A stretch of 64,000 bases of DNA from Minisyncoccota bacterium (GTDB lineage Bacteria; Patescibacteriota; Minisyncoccia; UBA6257; GWB1-50-10): positions 161 through 64,160 of the forward strand of contig DATLZO010000019.1 of the NCBI GenBank assembly GCA_035573955.1, given 5' to 3'. This document shows positions 9,401 to 19,550 of the stretch, one piece after another (position 1 is the stretch's first letter; every line of letters begins with the position of its first letter). The position numbers and the translations under genes are program-made. The notes under the pieces are model-generated. The model was given only the letters and a program-made list of their open reading frames with translations. It was not told the origin of the DNA and did not search any database.

Positions 9401-11143
9401 TGACCGCGTGGCTGTTTCTTTTGCGATGCGGTTCAAAAAATTCTCGATACCTACCTTCATGTTTGTCTTGTTGTGCCTTTCGCGGACACTCAAAATCTTT
9501 TCTTTCATTTCTTTTTCGCCGACTACGACGATGTAGGGAATCTTTTCCAATTCCGCTTGCCTCACGTTTTTGCCGAGCGTTTCACTCTCCGGTGCGAGGT
9601 CTGCCCTGATGTTTTTTTCTTGGAAGAGTTTCAGAAGTTTCTTTGCGTAGTCGCCGGATTTTTCGGAAACCGGAACGACGCGAACCTGAATTGGTGCAAG
9701 CCAGACCGGAAATTCTCCGGCATAGTGCTCAATAAGGACAGAAAGAAACCGCTCGATAGAACCCATGATGGCGGCGTGGATCATTACGATGCGTTCCTTC
9801 GCGCCCTTTTCATTTATGCAGGTTAGGTCGAATCGCTCCGGCATGTTCATGTCGAGCTGGATCGTGGCAACCTGCCATTCGCGCCCTAGCGAGTCCTTCG
9901 CCATGAAGTCGAGCTTCGGGCCGTAGAAGGCGGCTTCACCCACAGCTTCCACGCATTTCACCCGGCGGAATTTCACAACCTTACGAAGGATATCCTCCGC
10001 CTCTTTCCATAGTTTCTTATCACCGAGGTATTTATCCGGCTGTTTTGGGTCGTGGAGCGATAATCGGAGGGTGAGCTTCAGGCCAAATGTCTCGTAGAAT
10101 TCTTTTACAATATCCCAAATCTTGAGAAATTCTTCCTTTGCCTGGGCCATGCGGCAGAAGACGTGAGCGTCGTCCTGGGTGAAGCTTCGTGCTCGGGAGA
10201 GACCTGCGAGTTCTCCAGTTTGTTCGTCGCGGTAGCACATGGTGGTGTTCGAATAGCGCTGAGGCAGTTCGCGGTAGCTCCATTGCCGGCGGGCGTAGAT
10301 CTGCGTATGGTGAGGACAGTTCATCGGTTTCATGGCGAAAAGATGTCCCTCGCGCGTCGTTATCTTGAAAAGTTCGTCTTTGAACTTGGCCCAATGTCCG
10401 CTTTTCTCATAAAGATCCTTCTTAGTTATATGAGGAATTTCTACGCGTTCATAGCCGCGCGCGCGTCTCAGCTGCCAGACGAAATCATCAAGCAGGTTCC
10501 GGAGGAGTGTGCCTTTTGGCGTCCAAAGAGGGAGCCCTGCGCCGACCAGGTCGGAGAAAGTGAAAAGGTCGAGTTCGGGGCCGAGTTTCTTATGGTCCCG
10601 TTTCCTCGTTTCCTCGAGCATCGTAAGATGTGCTTCAAGCTCCTTTTTCGTGCCAAAAGCAAGGCCGTAGATTCTCGTGAGTTGAGGGTTTTTTTCGTCG
10701 CCGCGCCAATAGGCGCCGGCGATGTGTGAGAGTTTGAATGCGTCAGTTTTTATTTCGCTGGTCGATTTCACATGTCCGCCGCGGCAGAGATCGGCAAAGA
10801 CGTCACCGGTTCTGTAAATCGTTAGTTTTTTCCCTTCTGCCGCGAAATCTCTGATGAGGTCCAGTTTGAACGGCTGATCGGCGAATAATTTTTTAACCTC
10901 GGCTGCCGTGACCTGCTCTCCCTTAAATGGCAGTTTTCTCTTTATAAGGTCCCGCATTATTTTTTCCAGATCTTTCAGATCTTCTGGCGATAGTGAGTGA
11001 GGGAGCAAGAAATCGTAATAGAAGCCGTTTTCGATGGTCGGACCGATGCCGAGTTTCGCATCAGGGAATTTTTTCAAAACTGCGGCAGCCAAGAGATGGG
11101 CGAGCGAATGGCGGACGTTCTCGATGTTTTGCATGATTTTCAT
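9398..11143 (-). CDS. thrS: threonyl-tRNA synthetase
   Basis: TGS/editing N-terminus, class II motifs, C-terminal anticodon-binding domain; start trimmed to MKIM at 11143 to avoid dnaE overlap. Confidence 0.92.
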   Translation of the reverse strand: MKIMQNIENVRHSLAHLLAAAVLKKFPDAKLGIGPTIENGFYYDFLLPHSLSPEDLKDLEKIMRDLIKRKLPFKGEQVTAAEVKKLFADQPFKLDLIRDFAAEGKKLTIYRTGDVFADLCRGGHVKSTSEIKTDAFKLSHIAGAYWRGDEKNPQLTRIYGLAFGTKKELEAHLTMLEETRKRDHKKLGPELDLFTFSDLVGAGLPLWTPKGTLLRNLLDDFVWQLRRARGYERVEIPHITKKDLYEKSGHWAKFKDELFKITTREGHLFAMKPMNCPHHTQIYARRQWSYRELPQRYSNTTMCYRDEQTGELAGLSRARSFTQDDAHVFCRMAQAKEEFLKIWDIVKEFYETFGLKLTLRLSLHDPKQPDKYLGDKKLWKEAEDILRKVVKFRRVKCVEAVGEAAFYGPKLDFMAKDSLGREWQVATIQLDMNMPERFDLTCINEKGAKERIVMIHAAIMGSIERFLSVLIEHYAGEFPVWLAPIQVRVVPVSEKSGDYAKKLLKLFQEKNIRADLAPESETLGKNVRQAELEKIPYIVVVGEKEMKEKILSVRERHNKTNMKVGIENFLNRIAKETATRS

Positions 11144-11157
11144 TATATCAAGCACTT

Positions 11158-14100
11158 TTAGAGCTCTTTCACGGCGTTCACAATGACTTTCGGCTCGCCG
11201 CCTTTGAACGAGAGACGGCCGTCGATCATCACCGCTTTGTTCTCTTGCCAAATGTCTGGATTCTTCGAGAGGACGTCGGAGAAGACCAACACTTCGGTTG
11301 AGCCGGAATTGTCTTCCATGTTCACAAAAAGCATTGGGTCGCCACGCTTGGTGAATATTTTATGGATGCCGGTGATAACGCCAGCAAGGATTAGGCGCGC
11401 GGAGCCGTTTGCAATGTTCTCCGGCTTCGCTCCTGCGATGCGCTTTAAAGGCACCGTCTGCTTCTTCAGTTTCGGTGCATAGATATTAAAAGGGTGGTCG
11501 GTGATGTAGAGACCCAGAAGTTCTTTTTCCCAAATGAGCATCATCTTCTTATCAGTTGGCTCGCCCCCGTTCGCGAACTTGGCGGTCATGAGCTCCAGAC
11601 CGGCGTTACCGAAAAGTGAATCCTGACTCGAGGCCGACATTTTCTTGGCGGCCTGGTTGAAACGGACTATTTCCTCAATGTTCCCGAGCGCTTTTGCCCT
11701 GTCGACGCCCAGAGAATCTAGAGCTCCGCATTTAATGAGTGCTTCGAGTGACTTCTTATTCAGGTCGCGGTGCTGGATGCGGGATAGAAATTCGCTGAAG
11801 TTACGGAAGGGACCGCCGCGGCTCCTTTCTTTTATTATCTCTTCTACGATGTTCCCGCCCAAGTTCTTAATGGCAAGAAGGCCGAAGCGGATGTTGCCGC
11901 CGTCAACGGTGAAGTCCTGTAGACTCTGATTCACATCCGGCGGTAGGACTTTGATCTTAAGGCGCTTGGCTTCGTTGATGAGGAAGTTTATTCGCTCAAC
12001 ATCGTTTTCGGAGACGTTCAATAAGCTTGTCATGAACTCCACCGGGAAGTGTGCTTTCAGATAGGCGGTGCGGTAGCTTATCAAGGCATAAGCCGCGCCG
12101 TGGCTCTTGTTGAAGCCGTATCTCGCGAAAGGCGGAAATAGTTCCCAGATCTGGTGGGCCGTTTTTATGTCGATGCCGTTATTGATGAGACCGTTTAGAA
12201 GTTTTTCTTTCTGCTCATCGAGAAGTTTTTTGATCTTTTTGCCGATCGCTTTTCGCAGAGTATCAGCTTCGGCGAGCGTGAAACCGGCTAAGTCCCTCGC
12301 GATGCGCATCATCTGTTCCTGGTAGACGCCAACGCCGTAGGTCTTCTCGAGGATTGGTTCGAGGCGGGGATGAATGTAACTCACCTTCTCGCGGCCGAAC
12401 TTCCGCTTGATATAGAGTGGAATCAATTCCATGGGCCCCGGCCGGTAGAGTGAGATCATCACGATGATATCCTCGAGTTCGGTGGGTTTTAATTCCTTAA
12501 GGTAGCGACGCATGCCGGACGATTCTAACTGAAAGACTCCTGTCATCTCGGCACTCTGGAAAAGTTCGAAGGTTTTTTCATCATTCAAGGGTAGGTTATT
12601 CACGTCTATATCGATGCCGTGCAACTCTTTCACAAGGCGTAGTGTTTTTTCGATAATGGTGAGATTGCGTAGTCCGAGCAGGTCCATTTTCAGAAGACCT
12701 AAGTCCTCGATGGAGTGCATCTCGAACTGGGTGATGATGGCATCATTTCCCTGAGGTGCTCGCTGAAGCGGGACAAATTCCACTAGCGGATAGCTCGAAA
12801 TAACGATGCCGCAGGCGTGGACCGAAGCGTGCCGCACCGTTCCCTCAAGCTTCAGTGCCGCTTCGATCATCTTCTTCGCGTCTTCGTTCTTCTCCATTAT
12901 TTCCTTCAGTTCCGGAACGGTCTCAATCGCTTGCTTTAGGGGCGCGTTGAAAGGGATAAGTTTTGCGATCTGGTCGCAAAAACCGTAGGGGAGTCCGAGC
13001 GCTCGGCCGGCGTCGCGAATCGCAGCGCGGGCCATCATTGTCCCGAAAGTAATGATCTGGGCGACCTTGTCATGGCCGTATTTATCCTTGATATAAGCGA
13101 TGACTTCGTCACGGCGGGTGTCGGTGAAATCGATGTCGATATCCGGTACCTGGATGCGGTCGGGGTTCAAGAATCTCTCGAAAAGTAGGTCGTACTTCAA
13201 TGGATCAACGTCAGTGATGCCGAGAATGTAGGATACGATGCTGCCTGCAGCCGAACCACGACCGGGTCCCACCACGATGCCGTGGGATTTAGCCCAGTTC
13301 ACGAAATCCTGGACGATGAGAAAATAATTCGCGAAGCCTGTTTTCTCGATGACGCTGAGTTCGTGGTTCACTCTTTCTTTAATCTCATCCGAGGCGTCCT
13401 TGTAGCGTTCGGGCAGCTTTTCGGCAACGAGTTTATTGAGGTAACTCATCGCGTTTTCTCCCTCGGGAAGAGGGAAGGTGGGGAGATGCGTTTGATTCAG
13501 GTCTATCTCGAGGTTGCACTTGTCGGCGATGCGGCCTGTGTTTTCGATCGCCTCGGGAATATGCTTGAAGATCTCCGCCATTTCCTCGGGCGAGCGGAGG
13601 GAAACATCGAAGTTCTTGAATGAAAAGCGGTCCCGATCCTCAAGTTTGGTGTTTGTTTGGACAGCGAGGAGAATTTCATGGGCGGTTTTATCGTCTGGCA
13701 AAACGTAGTGGACGTCCTGGGTGGCAACGATGGGGATTTTGAGCTTTTCCGAGAGCGTGAGGACGAGTTTGTGGATACCAGGTTCGTGTGGCTGGATTTC
13801 AAGGTAGAAATCCTCCCCGAAGACAGACTGGTACCATTTTGCAGCTTCCTCCGCTTCGCCGAGCTTGCCGGAAGAAAGAAGGCGAGCGATCTCGCCGGAG
13901 AAGCACGCTGAAAGACAGACCAGTCCTTCGGCATGTTTCAAGAGCAGTTCCTTGTCGATGCGCGGTTTATAATAAAAGCCGTCGGTTGCGGCGATGGTGG
14001 CAAGTTTCACCAGGTTTTTCCAACCTGCCTTGTTTTTGGCCAGTAGTATGAGATGATAGCGCAGTTCGTCTATGCCCGGTCTCTTATTGAGGTGGCCGTG

Positions 14101-14313
14101 GGGGGCGAGATATGCCTCCATGCCTAAAATCGGTTTCAATCCCTCTTTTTTCGCCTTTTTGTAGAACTCGATTGCGCCGTAGAGGTTGCCGTGGTCAGTT
14201 AGGGCAATAGAGTCCATTCCGAGCGCCTTGGTTCTCGCGATAATATCTTCTATTTTCCCGAGACCGTCGAGGAGGGAGTAGTGGGAGTGAACATGGAGGT
14301 GGGTAAATTTCAT
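11158..14313 (-). CDS. dnaE: DNA polymerase III alpha subunit
   Basis: PHP domain start MKFTHLHVHSHYSLLDG; polymerase core, fingers and OB regions; 1051 aa. Confidence 0.94.
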   Translation of the reverse strand: MKFTHLHVHSHYSLLDGLGKIEDIIARTKALGMDSIALTDHGNLYGAIEFYKKAKKEGLKPILGMEAYLAPHGHLNKRPGIDELRYHLILLAKNKAGWKNLVKLATIAATDGFYYKPRIDKELLLKHAEGLVCLSACFSGEIARLLSSGKLGEAEEAAKWYQSVFGEDFYLEIQPHEPGIHKLVLTLSEKLKIPIVATQDVHYVLPDDKTAHEILLAVQTNTKLEDRDRFSFKNFDVSLRSPEEMAEIFKHIPEAIENTGRIADKCNLEIDLNQTHLPTFPLPEGENAMSYLNKLVAEKLPERYKDASDEIKERVNHELSVIEKTGFANYFLIVQDFVNWAKSHGIVVGPGRGSAAGSIVSYILGITDVDPLKYDLLFERFLNPDRIQVPDIDIDFTDTRRDEVIAYIKDKYGHDKVAQIITFGTMMARAAIRDAGRALGLPYGFCDQIAKLIPFNAPLKQAIETVPELKEIMEKNEDAKKMIEAALKLEGTVRHASVHACGIVISSYPLVEFVPLQRAPQGNDAIITQFEMHSIEDLGLLKMDLLGLRNLTIIEKTLRLVKELHGIDIDVNNLPLNDEKTFELFQSAEMTGVFQLESSGMRRYLKELKPTELEDIIVMISLYRPGPMELIPLYIKRKFGREKVSYIHPRLEPILEKTYGVGVYQEQMMRIARDLAGFTLAEADTLRKAIGKKIKKLLDEQKEKLLNGLINNGIDIKTAHQIWELFPPFARYGFNKSHGAAYALISYRTAYLKAHFPVEFMTSLLNVSENDVERINFLINEAKRLKIKVLPPDVNQSLQDFTVDGGNIRFGLLAIKNLGGNIVEEIIKERSRGGPFRNFSEFLSRIQHRDLNKKSLEALIKCGALDSLGVDRAKALGNIEEIVRFNQAAKKMSASSQDSLFGNAGLELMTAKFANGGEPTDKKMMLIWEKELLGLYITDHPFNIYAPKLKKQTVPLKRIAGAKPENIANGSARLILAGVITGIHKIFTKRGDPMLFVNMEDNSGSTEVLVFSDVLSKNPDIWQENKAVMIDGRLSFKGGEPKVIVNAVKEL

Positions 14314-14408
14314 GGTAGATAATAGGATTAGAATTCAGAAATTTATAATATCAAAAATTATTATACCTTTTCTGTAGATTTTATAAAGATTAACGATACT
14401 CTTTTCCC

Positions 14409-14442
14409 CCTCAATTTTGCACCATATTGTGCAAAATTGAGG
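14409..14442. promoter_or_regulatory. perfect 14-bp inverted repeat CCTCAATTTTGCAC-n6-GTGCAAAATTGAGG in the dnaE/rnhB divergent region
   Basis: read directly; candidate operator or hairpin. Confidence 0.4.
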
Positions 14443-14496
14443 AGTTTATTAATAATTTGTTCGGTGTTTCGGCGTTTCTATTTAGTTAGATTGCAA

Positions 14497-14522
14497 AGTT
14501 ATTAAGCCATGGCTTAATAACT
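14497..14522. promoter_or_regulatory. perfect 26-bp palindrome AGTTATTAAGCCATGGCTTAATAACT
   Basis: the sequence equals its own reverse complement; 45 nt upstream of the rnhB start. Confidence 0.4.
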
Positions 14523-14566
14523 GAGTAAAAGTTTAAAAGTTAAAATAAATAGTACAATTTAAACAA

Positions 14567-15250
14567 ATGCCCAAGAAAAAAATTATTGTCGGGATTAATA
14601 AAGTGGTGCGTGATGCTTCAAAAAAGCGGGCCTTTCATAACAAGTATGTTATCGGAATAGATGAAGTTGGGCGAGGACCTCTGGCTGGTCCTATCGTTGT
14701 CGCTGCCGTCGCCACGCCTTCCGGTTTCCGGCCGCGGGTAGGAGATCTTCCACTACGCGATTCCAAGAAGCTCACAGCGCTCCAGAAGGAGGGGTGGTTT
14801 GAGTATGTCCGGCAAGAGCCGAGAATTTCCTTCGCGACCGCAAGAGTGTATCCGAAGAACATCGACAGATTGAACGTGAGCCGGGCCGCGAACCGCGCCG
14901 CGACCAGAGCTTTTTTGAAACTAGCCACTAGCCAATGGGGTTTAGGATCTGTTGCAAAAGTTTACTTGGACGGCGGGTTGTATCTCGATAAAAGACCATT
15001 ATTGGCTAACGGTTACTCCCCAAATTCTAAGACGCTCGTGCGAGGTGATGAAAAAATAAACGCCATCAAACTTGCTTCCATTGTTGCTAAAGTCCAGCGC
15101 GATCGTTACATGGTGAAACTTCACAATAAGTATCCGCAGTACGGTTTTGACGAACATAAGGGCTACGGAACAAAAAAGCACCGGCAAGCGATTAAAAAAT
15201 ACGGTATCGCCTATTGTCATAGGAAAAGTTTCTGCAAGTTTGTATTATAA
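14567..15250 (+). CDS. rnhB: ribonuclease HII
   Basis: GIDEVGRGPLAGPIVVAAV and DSKKL motifs. Confidence 0.9.
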   Translation: MPKKKIIVGINKVVRDASKKRAFHNKYVIGIDEVGRGPLAGPIVVAAVATPSGFRPRVGDLPLRDSKKLTALQKEGWFEYVRQEPRISFATARVYPKNIDRLNVSRAANRAATRAFLKLATSQWGLGSVAKVYLDGGLYLDKRPLLANGYSPNSKTLVRGDEKINAIKLASIVAKVQRDRYMVKLHNKYPQYGFDEHKGYGTKKHRQAIKKYGIAYCHRKSFCKFVL

Positions 15251-15888
15251 TGTCAACAATGAACAAAATAGTATTTATCGTAATCATAGTGATGGTAATT
15301 ATTGCGGCGGCAGTATATTCATCGAGGACCGGGACGCAAGAGGAACCGGCGAAGCAGCCAGTGCCGCAGAATAGTTCTTTAAACGAGTCCGATGCTCCGG
15401 TTATCACGCTTGAGACGAACTTTGGCGTCATCAAATTCAAGACATACCCCAAGGATGCCCCGAGGACAGTGGAAAACTTTATCACACTCGCCGAAAAAGG
15501 ATTTTACAATGGCCTCACGTTCCACCGCGTTATATCCGGATTCATGATCCAGGGCGGCGACCCTAACTGCAACTCTTCGACAACTTTAGGGCCGTGCGGC
15601 GCTGGTGGCCCCGGCTACAAATTCGACGATGAGCTCGATCCTAGAACTCCTTCCTACCAAGAAGGTTACAAAAAAGGTGTTGTGGCGATGGCGAACGCAG
15701 GGCCGAACACAAATGGCAGCCAGTTCTTCATAATGCTTGAAGATTATCCCTTGCCTAATCTCTACACCATTTTTGGCAAGGTGATCGAAGGCCAGGAAGT
15801 AGTTGATGCGATCGGCCGGGTTTCGACCGGCGCGAACGATCGGCCGCTTCAACAAATCACAATCGAGCGCGTGAAGGTGGAAATGTAG
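15250..15888 (+). CDS. peptidyl-prolyl cis-trans isomerase, cyclophilin type, membrane-anchored
   Basis: FHRVISGFMIQGGDP, GSQFFIML cyclophilin motifs; N-terminal TM helix. Confidence 0.85.
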   Translation: MSTMNKIVFIVIIVMVIIAAAVYSSRTGTQEEPAKQPVPQNSSLNESDAPVITLETNFGVIKFKTYPKDAPRTVENFITLAEKGFYNGLTFHRVISGFMIQGGDPNCNSSTTLGPCGAGGPGYKFDDELDPRTPSYQEGYKKGVVAMANAGPNTNGSQFFIMLEDYPLPNLYTIFGKVIEGQEVVDAIGRVSTGANDRPLQQITIERVKVEM

Positions 15889-15896
15889 AAAAATTG

Positions 15897-15925
15897 TTGA
15901 CTTACTGCAAAAATCGCGTTAGATT
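15897..15925 (+). promoter_or_regulatory. putative sigma70-type promoter for rpmF
   Basis: TTGACT-17 nt-TAGATT, 9 nt upstream of the ATG. Confidence 0.4.
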
Positions 15926-15934
15926 GGATTTATT

Positions 15935-16141
15935 ATGGGTGGCGTACCAGTAAAACATCATTCCAAATCCAAAGTCGGCCGGCGGCGGTCGCAGCTCGCT
16001 TTGAAAAAGCGGCGCCTTGTGGTTTGCTCGAATTGCAAGGGACCGACGTTGCCACATAGAGCGTGTCCGCAGTGTGGTGCTTACGCAAAGTCAGAAAGAT
16101 CAAACGTCAATGTTGAGAAAGTCCGACCTCCCAAAAATTGA
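15935..16141 (+). CDS. rpmF: 50S ribosomal protein L32
   Basis: HHSKSKVGRRRSQLALK plus CxxC...CxxC zinc ribbon. Confidence 0.85.
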   Translation: MGGVPVKHHSKSKVGRRRSQLALKKRRLVVCSNCKGPTLPHRACPQCGAYAKSERSNVNVEKVRPPKN

Positions 16142-16167
16142 CTTTAATATTTAGGAGGTCGGACTTT
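16118..16167 (+). promoter_or_regulatory. 14-bp-stem hairpin AAAGTCCGACCTCC...GGAGGTCGGACTTT spanning the rpmF stop; its loop contains ACCTCCCAAAAATTGAC
   Basis: read directly; the loop resembles the conserved ATTGACGT upstream element. Confidence 0.35.
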
Positions 16168-16207
16168 CCATAAATTGAACGTTAGTATTTTAGTATTTTA
16201 ACAACTC

Positions 16208-16666
16208 ATGGCCACGAGACATTTAGCGAGAACGATAGTCATCCAATCGCTTTACGAGTGGGATTTTTATAATCGTGAAACCGACCTCATTAAGATTGTG
16301 GATAGGAACATGTCGAATTTCGGCGCGGGAATAGACGAGCCAGATTTCGTTTGGCGCATGGTGAAAGGAGTGGTGGAACACTTGAAGGACATTGATGCGG
16401 TGATTGAGAAAGCAGCGCCGGAGTGGCCTATCCAGAAGATAGCCATCGTTGACCGCAACATCCTCCGTTTGGGTCTTTATGAACTACTCTACGCTGACAA
16501 GAACGAGGTGCCGCCCAAGGTCGCCATTAATGAAGCGATAGAGATTGCCAAAAACTACAGCGGCCCCAATTCGCCGAAGTTTGTGAATGGAGTTTTAGGC
16601 ACCATCTATCGGCAAATGACTACTGCCCAAGAGGATACTCCGGCTGAAGGAGAAAGGAAGAAATGA
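16208..16666 (+). CDS. nusB: transcription antitermination factor NusB
   Basis: RHLARTIVIQSLYEWDF and downstream NusB-fold helices. Confidence 0.82.
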   Translation: MATRHLARTIVIQSLYEWDFYNRETDLIKIVDRNMSNFGAGIDEPDFVWRMVKGVVEHLKDIDAVIEKAAPEWPIQKIAIVDRNILRLGLYELLYADKNEVPPKVAINEAIEIAKNYSGPNSPKFVNGVLGTIYRQMTTAQEDTPAEGERKK

Positions 16667-17367
16667 AGGAAATAATGTCGGAACTGAAGAAACTTGAGGA
16701 GAAGATCGGCGTCGATTTTAGGAACAAGGCGCTTTTGCTCGAGGCGGTCACGCACCGTTCATATCTCAACGAAAACCCAGGTGTGAGAACGGGTAACAAC
16801 GAGCGATTGGAATATCTCGGCGACGCGGTTCTCGAACTTGTTGTGACGGAGAGACTCTTCAATGAATTCCCGGAGAGTCAGGAAGGTGAACTCACTCTTA
16901 TCCGCGCCGCGCTTGTGAATTATGTTATGCTCGCGAGAGTAGCGAGAGAAATAGGTCTCGAGGGTTATATACTTCTCTCGCGCGGCGAGGCGAAGGATTT
17001 AGGTAAAGCAAGGGAGGTTATCCTTGCAAACGCTATCGAGGCGGTGATTGGTGCGATACACCTCGACAAGGGATACGAAGCTGCAAAGACCTTCATCGAG
17101 AGAAACATCATTCGTCACCTTAAGGAGGTGACGGAGAACGGCGCCTACCGTGACCCGAAGAGCAAGCTCCAGGAACTCATCCAGGAAAAAATGAAGTCCA
17201 CACCGACCTATAGTGTCTTGGAAGAAAAAGGGCCCGACCACGCCAGGGAATTTATCGTTGGTGTCTATTTCGGCGGTGAGCTCCAAGCGAAGGGTAGCGG
17301 TAGTTCCAAGCAGGAAGCGGAGAATAAGGCGGCGGAAGAGGCTCTGAAGGTGTTCGGACAGAAATGA
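16663..17367 (+). CDS. rnc: ribonuclease III
   Basis: NERLEYLGDAVLELVVTERLF signature; C-terminal dsRBD. Confidence 0.9.
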   Translation: MKEIMSELKKLEEKIGVDFRNKALLLEAVTHRSYLNENPGVRTGNNERLEYLGDAVLELVVTERLFNEFPESQEGELTLIRAALVNYVMLARVAREIGLEGYILLSRGEAKDLGKAREVILANAIEAVIGAIHLDKGYEAAKTFIERNIIRHLKEVTENGAYRDPKSKLQELIQEKMKSTPTYSVLEEKGPDHAREFIVGVYFGGELQAKGSGSSKQEAENKAAEEALKVFGQK

Positions 17368-19544
17368 CCAATTTCCTTAAAAGGCTCGAATTGCATGGTT
17401 TCAAATCTTTCGCCGGAAAGACGGTTCTGGAGTTCCCAGCGCGGATAGTAGGCGTTGTTGGTCCCAACGGTTCTGGCAAATCTAATGTTATTGACGCACT
17501 GCGGTGGGTTTTGGGCGAACGCGAAGCCAAGCATCTACGCGGTGAGACTCTCGACAACCTTATCTTCGCTGGCAGTCAGAAGAAAGCGGCTGTAGGGCTT
17601 GCCCGTGTCACCATCTATTTTGACAACAAAGACAGGGATTTTCCTGTCGAAGCCGAGGAGGTTGCCGTTTCCCGGAAAATAGATCGGTCGGGTGTGAGTG
17701 AGTTCTCGGTGAACGATGTGGAAGTGAAACTGAAGGAGCTAATCCCGATGCTTGCCCGGGCGCGTCTCGGGTCGCGGGGACTCACCATTGTCGGTCAGGG
17801 CGAGAGCGACATATTTGTCCGTTCCACGCCCGAAGAGCGACGAGAGATGATCGAAGAAATTCTGGGTTTGCGCGAATTTCGCCTGAAAAAGCACGGCTGC
17901 GAACGGCGGCTCGAGGCGAGCGAGGTGAACATGGAAAAGGTAAAAGCAATGATTGACGAGCTCACGCCCCATCTTCGTCTCCTTCGAAGGCAGAAATCTC
18001 GCTTCGAGAAAAGAAATGAAATCGCCGAAAATTTGAAGAAAACCGAAAACGAGTATTTCGGACACCACTACTCTGAAATGAAATCCGCCCTTGAGGAAAT
18101 TAACAGGCCAATCCGCGAGGCGGGCGAAAGCCAGAAGTTGAAGGAAGAAGAGATAAGAAAGATTAGTGAGGACTTGAAGAAGATAAATCTCCGAAGTAAA
18201 AGTTCCCGACGGACGAGGGAACTGCAGAGCGAGATCATCAATCTTATGAACCGCAAGTTCGAGATAGAGAAGGAGACCGGACGGCTCGAGGCGAAAATAG
18301 AGTTTCAGAAATCGGTGCCTGGCCGCAGCACATCTTTCGAGGAGATGGAGAACGCTGTCAAGGAGTTTACGGAGAGCGTCGAAGAGATGCTCGGTTTGGA
18401 TGATATCGAGCGCATCAAGGAGAAGCTGAGGAGTTGGCTTGTCCGTTTTCAGGAAATGTTCCGCAGGAAGACCGGCGAATCTTCGGCGGAACTCGTGTCA
18501 GATCTTGATGATCTCAGGAATAAGCTTGCGGAGATAGACGCCGCAATCAGGGAAAAACGGGCCGAGGAGGAGAAGTTTACAGAGGAACAGGATGCCTGGA
18601 ACGAGGAGTTTCGGCGTAAAGTGGAGGAATTGGAAACTCGGAAGAACGAATTACGCGATCTGGAGCACAGGATCCAAGGGTATCTTCTCGACCGCCAGCG
18701 TCTGGAGCTTCGGATGGGCGAGTTGGAAAGGGAATGGGTTTCGTACGGTCGGGAAGCAGCGGAACTCGGAAAATTACCGCACCCAGGAGCGCAAGTGGAT
18801 TCGGCTGCGTTGGAAAAGAAAATGGTTCGTCTACGGGGCGAACTTGCTGCTATCGGCGAGATAGACGAGAGCATGATGAAAGAGGCGCTCGAGAGCGAGG
18901 AGCGTTACGAATTCCTCACAAAGGAGTACAAGGATCTAGAGCACGCCATCCGCGACCTTAAAGGACTCATCAAGGATTTAGATAATAAAATTCACACAAG
19001 TTTTAAATCATCCTTCCGTCAGATAAACGACGAGTTCAACAATTATTTCCGCCTGATGTTCCACGGAGGCAAGGCAAAACTGAAGCTTGAAGTTTACAAA
19101 CCAAGGGTTCAGAAATCTGCGGAAAGTGTGGAAGATGCAGAAGCTGGGGGAGAGTTGGTCGAAACCGAACCGAAAGCAGCTGAGTCGAGTGAGGAAGAGC
19201 ACGAACTTAGGGCCGGGATAGAAATAGATCTTGCTGTGCCGCGGAAAGGTATTAAGGGCATCGATATGCTCTCCGGAGGCGAGCGGAGCCTCGTTTCCAT
19301 GGCAGCTCTATTCGCCTTGATTGCCGTCTCGCCACCGCCTTTCCTTGTTCTCGATGAAATCGACGCGGCCTTGGACGAGGAGAACGCTCGCCGCTTCGCC
19401 GAGCTCATCAAGGAATTCTCAAAGAAGACACAGTTCGTTCTCGTTACCCATAACCGCTCGACGATGGAGGCGGCGGACGTCCTTTACGGAGTCACCATGG
19501 GTGAAGACGGAATTTCCAAAGTTCTTTCGTTAAAACTGGAATAA
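17364..19544 (+). CDS. smc: SMC-family chromosome segregation ATPase, short hinge-less form
   Basis: SMC N-terminus LELHGFKSFAGKTVLEFPARIVGVVGPNGSGKSNVIDALRWVLGE, signature LSGGERSL, Walker B LVLDEIDAALD; only 726 aa with continuous coiled coil. Confidence 0.78.
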   Translation: MTNFLKRLELHGFKSFAGKTVLEFPARIVGVVGPNGSGKSNVIDALRWVLGEREAKHLRGETLDNLIFAGSQKKAAVGLARVTIYFDNKDRDFPVEAEEVAVSRKIDRSGVSEFSVNDVEVKLKELIPMLARARLGSRGLTIVGQGESDIFVRSTPEERREMIEEILGLREFRLKKHGCERRLEASEVNMEKVKAMIDELTPHLRLLRRQKSRFEKRNEIAENLKKTENEYFGHHYSEMKSALEEINRPIREAGESQKLKEEEIRKISEDLKKINLRSKSSRRTRELQSEIINLMNRKFEIEKETGRLEAKIEFQKSVPGRSTSFEEMENAVKEFTESVEEMLGLDDIERIKEKLRSWLVRFQEMFRRKTGESSAELVSDLDDLRNKLAEIDAAIREKRAEEEKFTEEQDAWNEEFRRKVEELETRKNELRDLEHRIQGYLLDRQRLELRMGELEREWVSYGREAAELGKLPHPGAQVDSAALEKKMVRLRGELAAIGEIDESMMKEALESEERYEFLTKEYKDLEHAIRDLKGLIKDLDNKIHTSFKSSFRQINDEFNNYFRLMFHGGKAKLKLEVYKPRVQKSAESVEDAEAGGELVETEPKAAESSEEEHELRAGIEIDLAVPRKGIKGIDMLSGGERSLVSMAALFALIAVSPPPFLVLDEIDAALDEENARRFAELIKEFSKKTQFVLVTHNRSTMEAADVLYGVTMGEDGISKVLSLKLE

Positions 19545-19550
19545 ATATAT

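Noticed and set aside
11183-14051. Numerous 60-140 aa ORFs antisense to, or out of frame within, dnaE and thrS
   Set aside because: They are embedded in long, well-supported conserved CDSs and have no independent signals.
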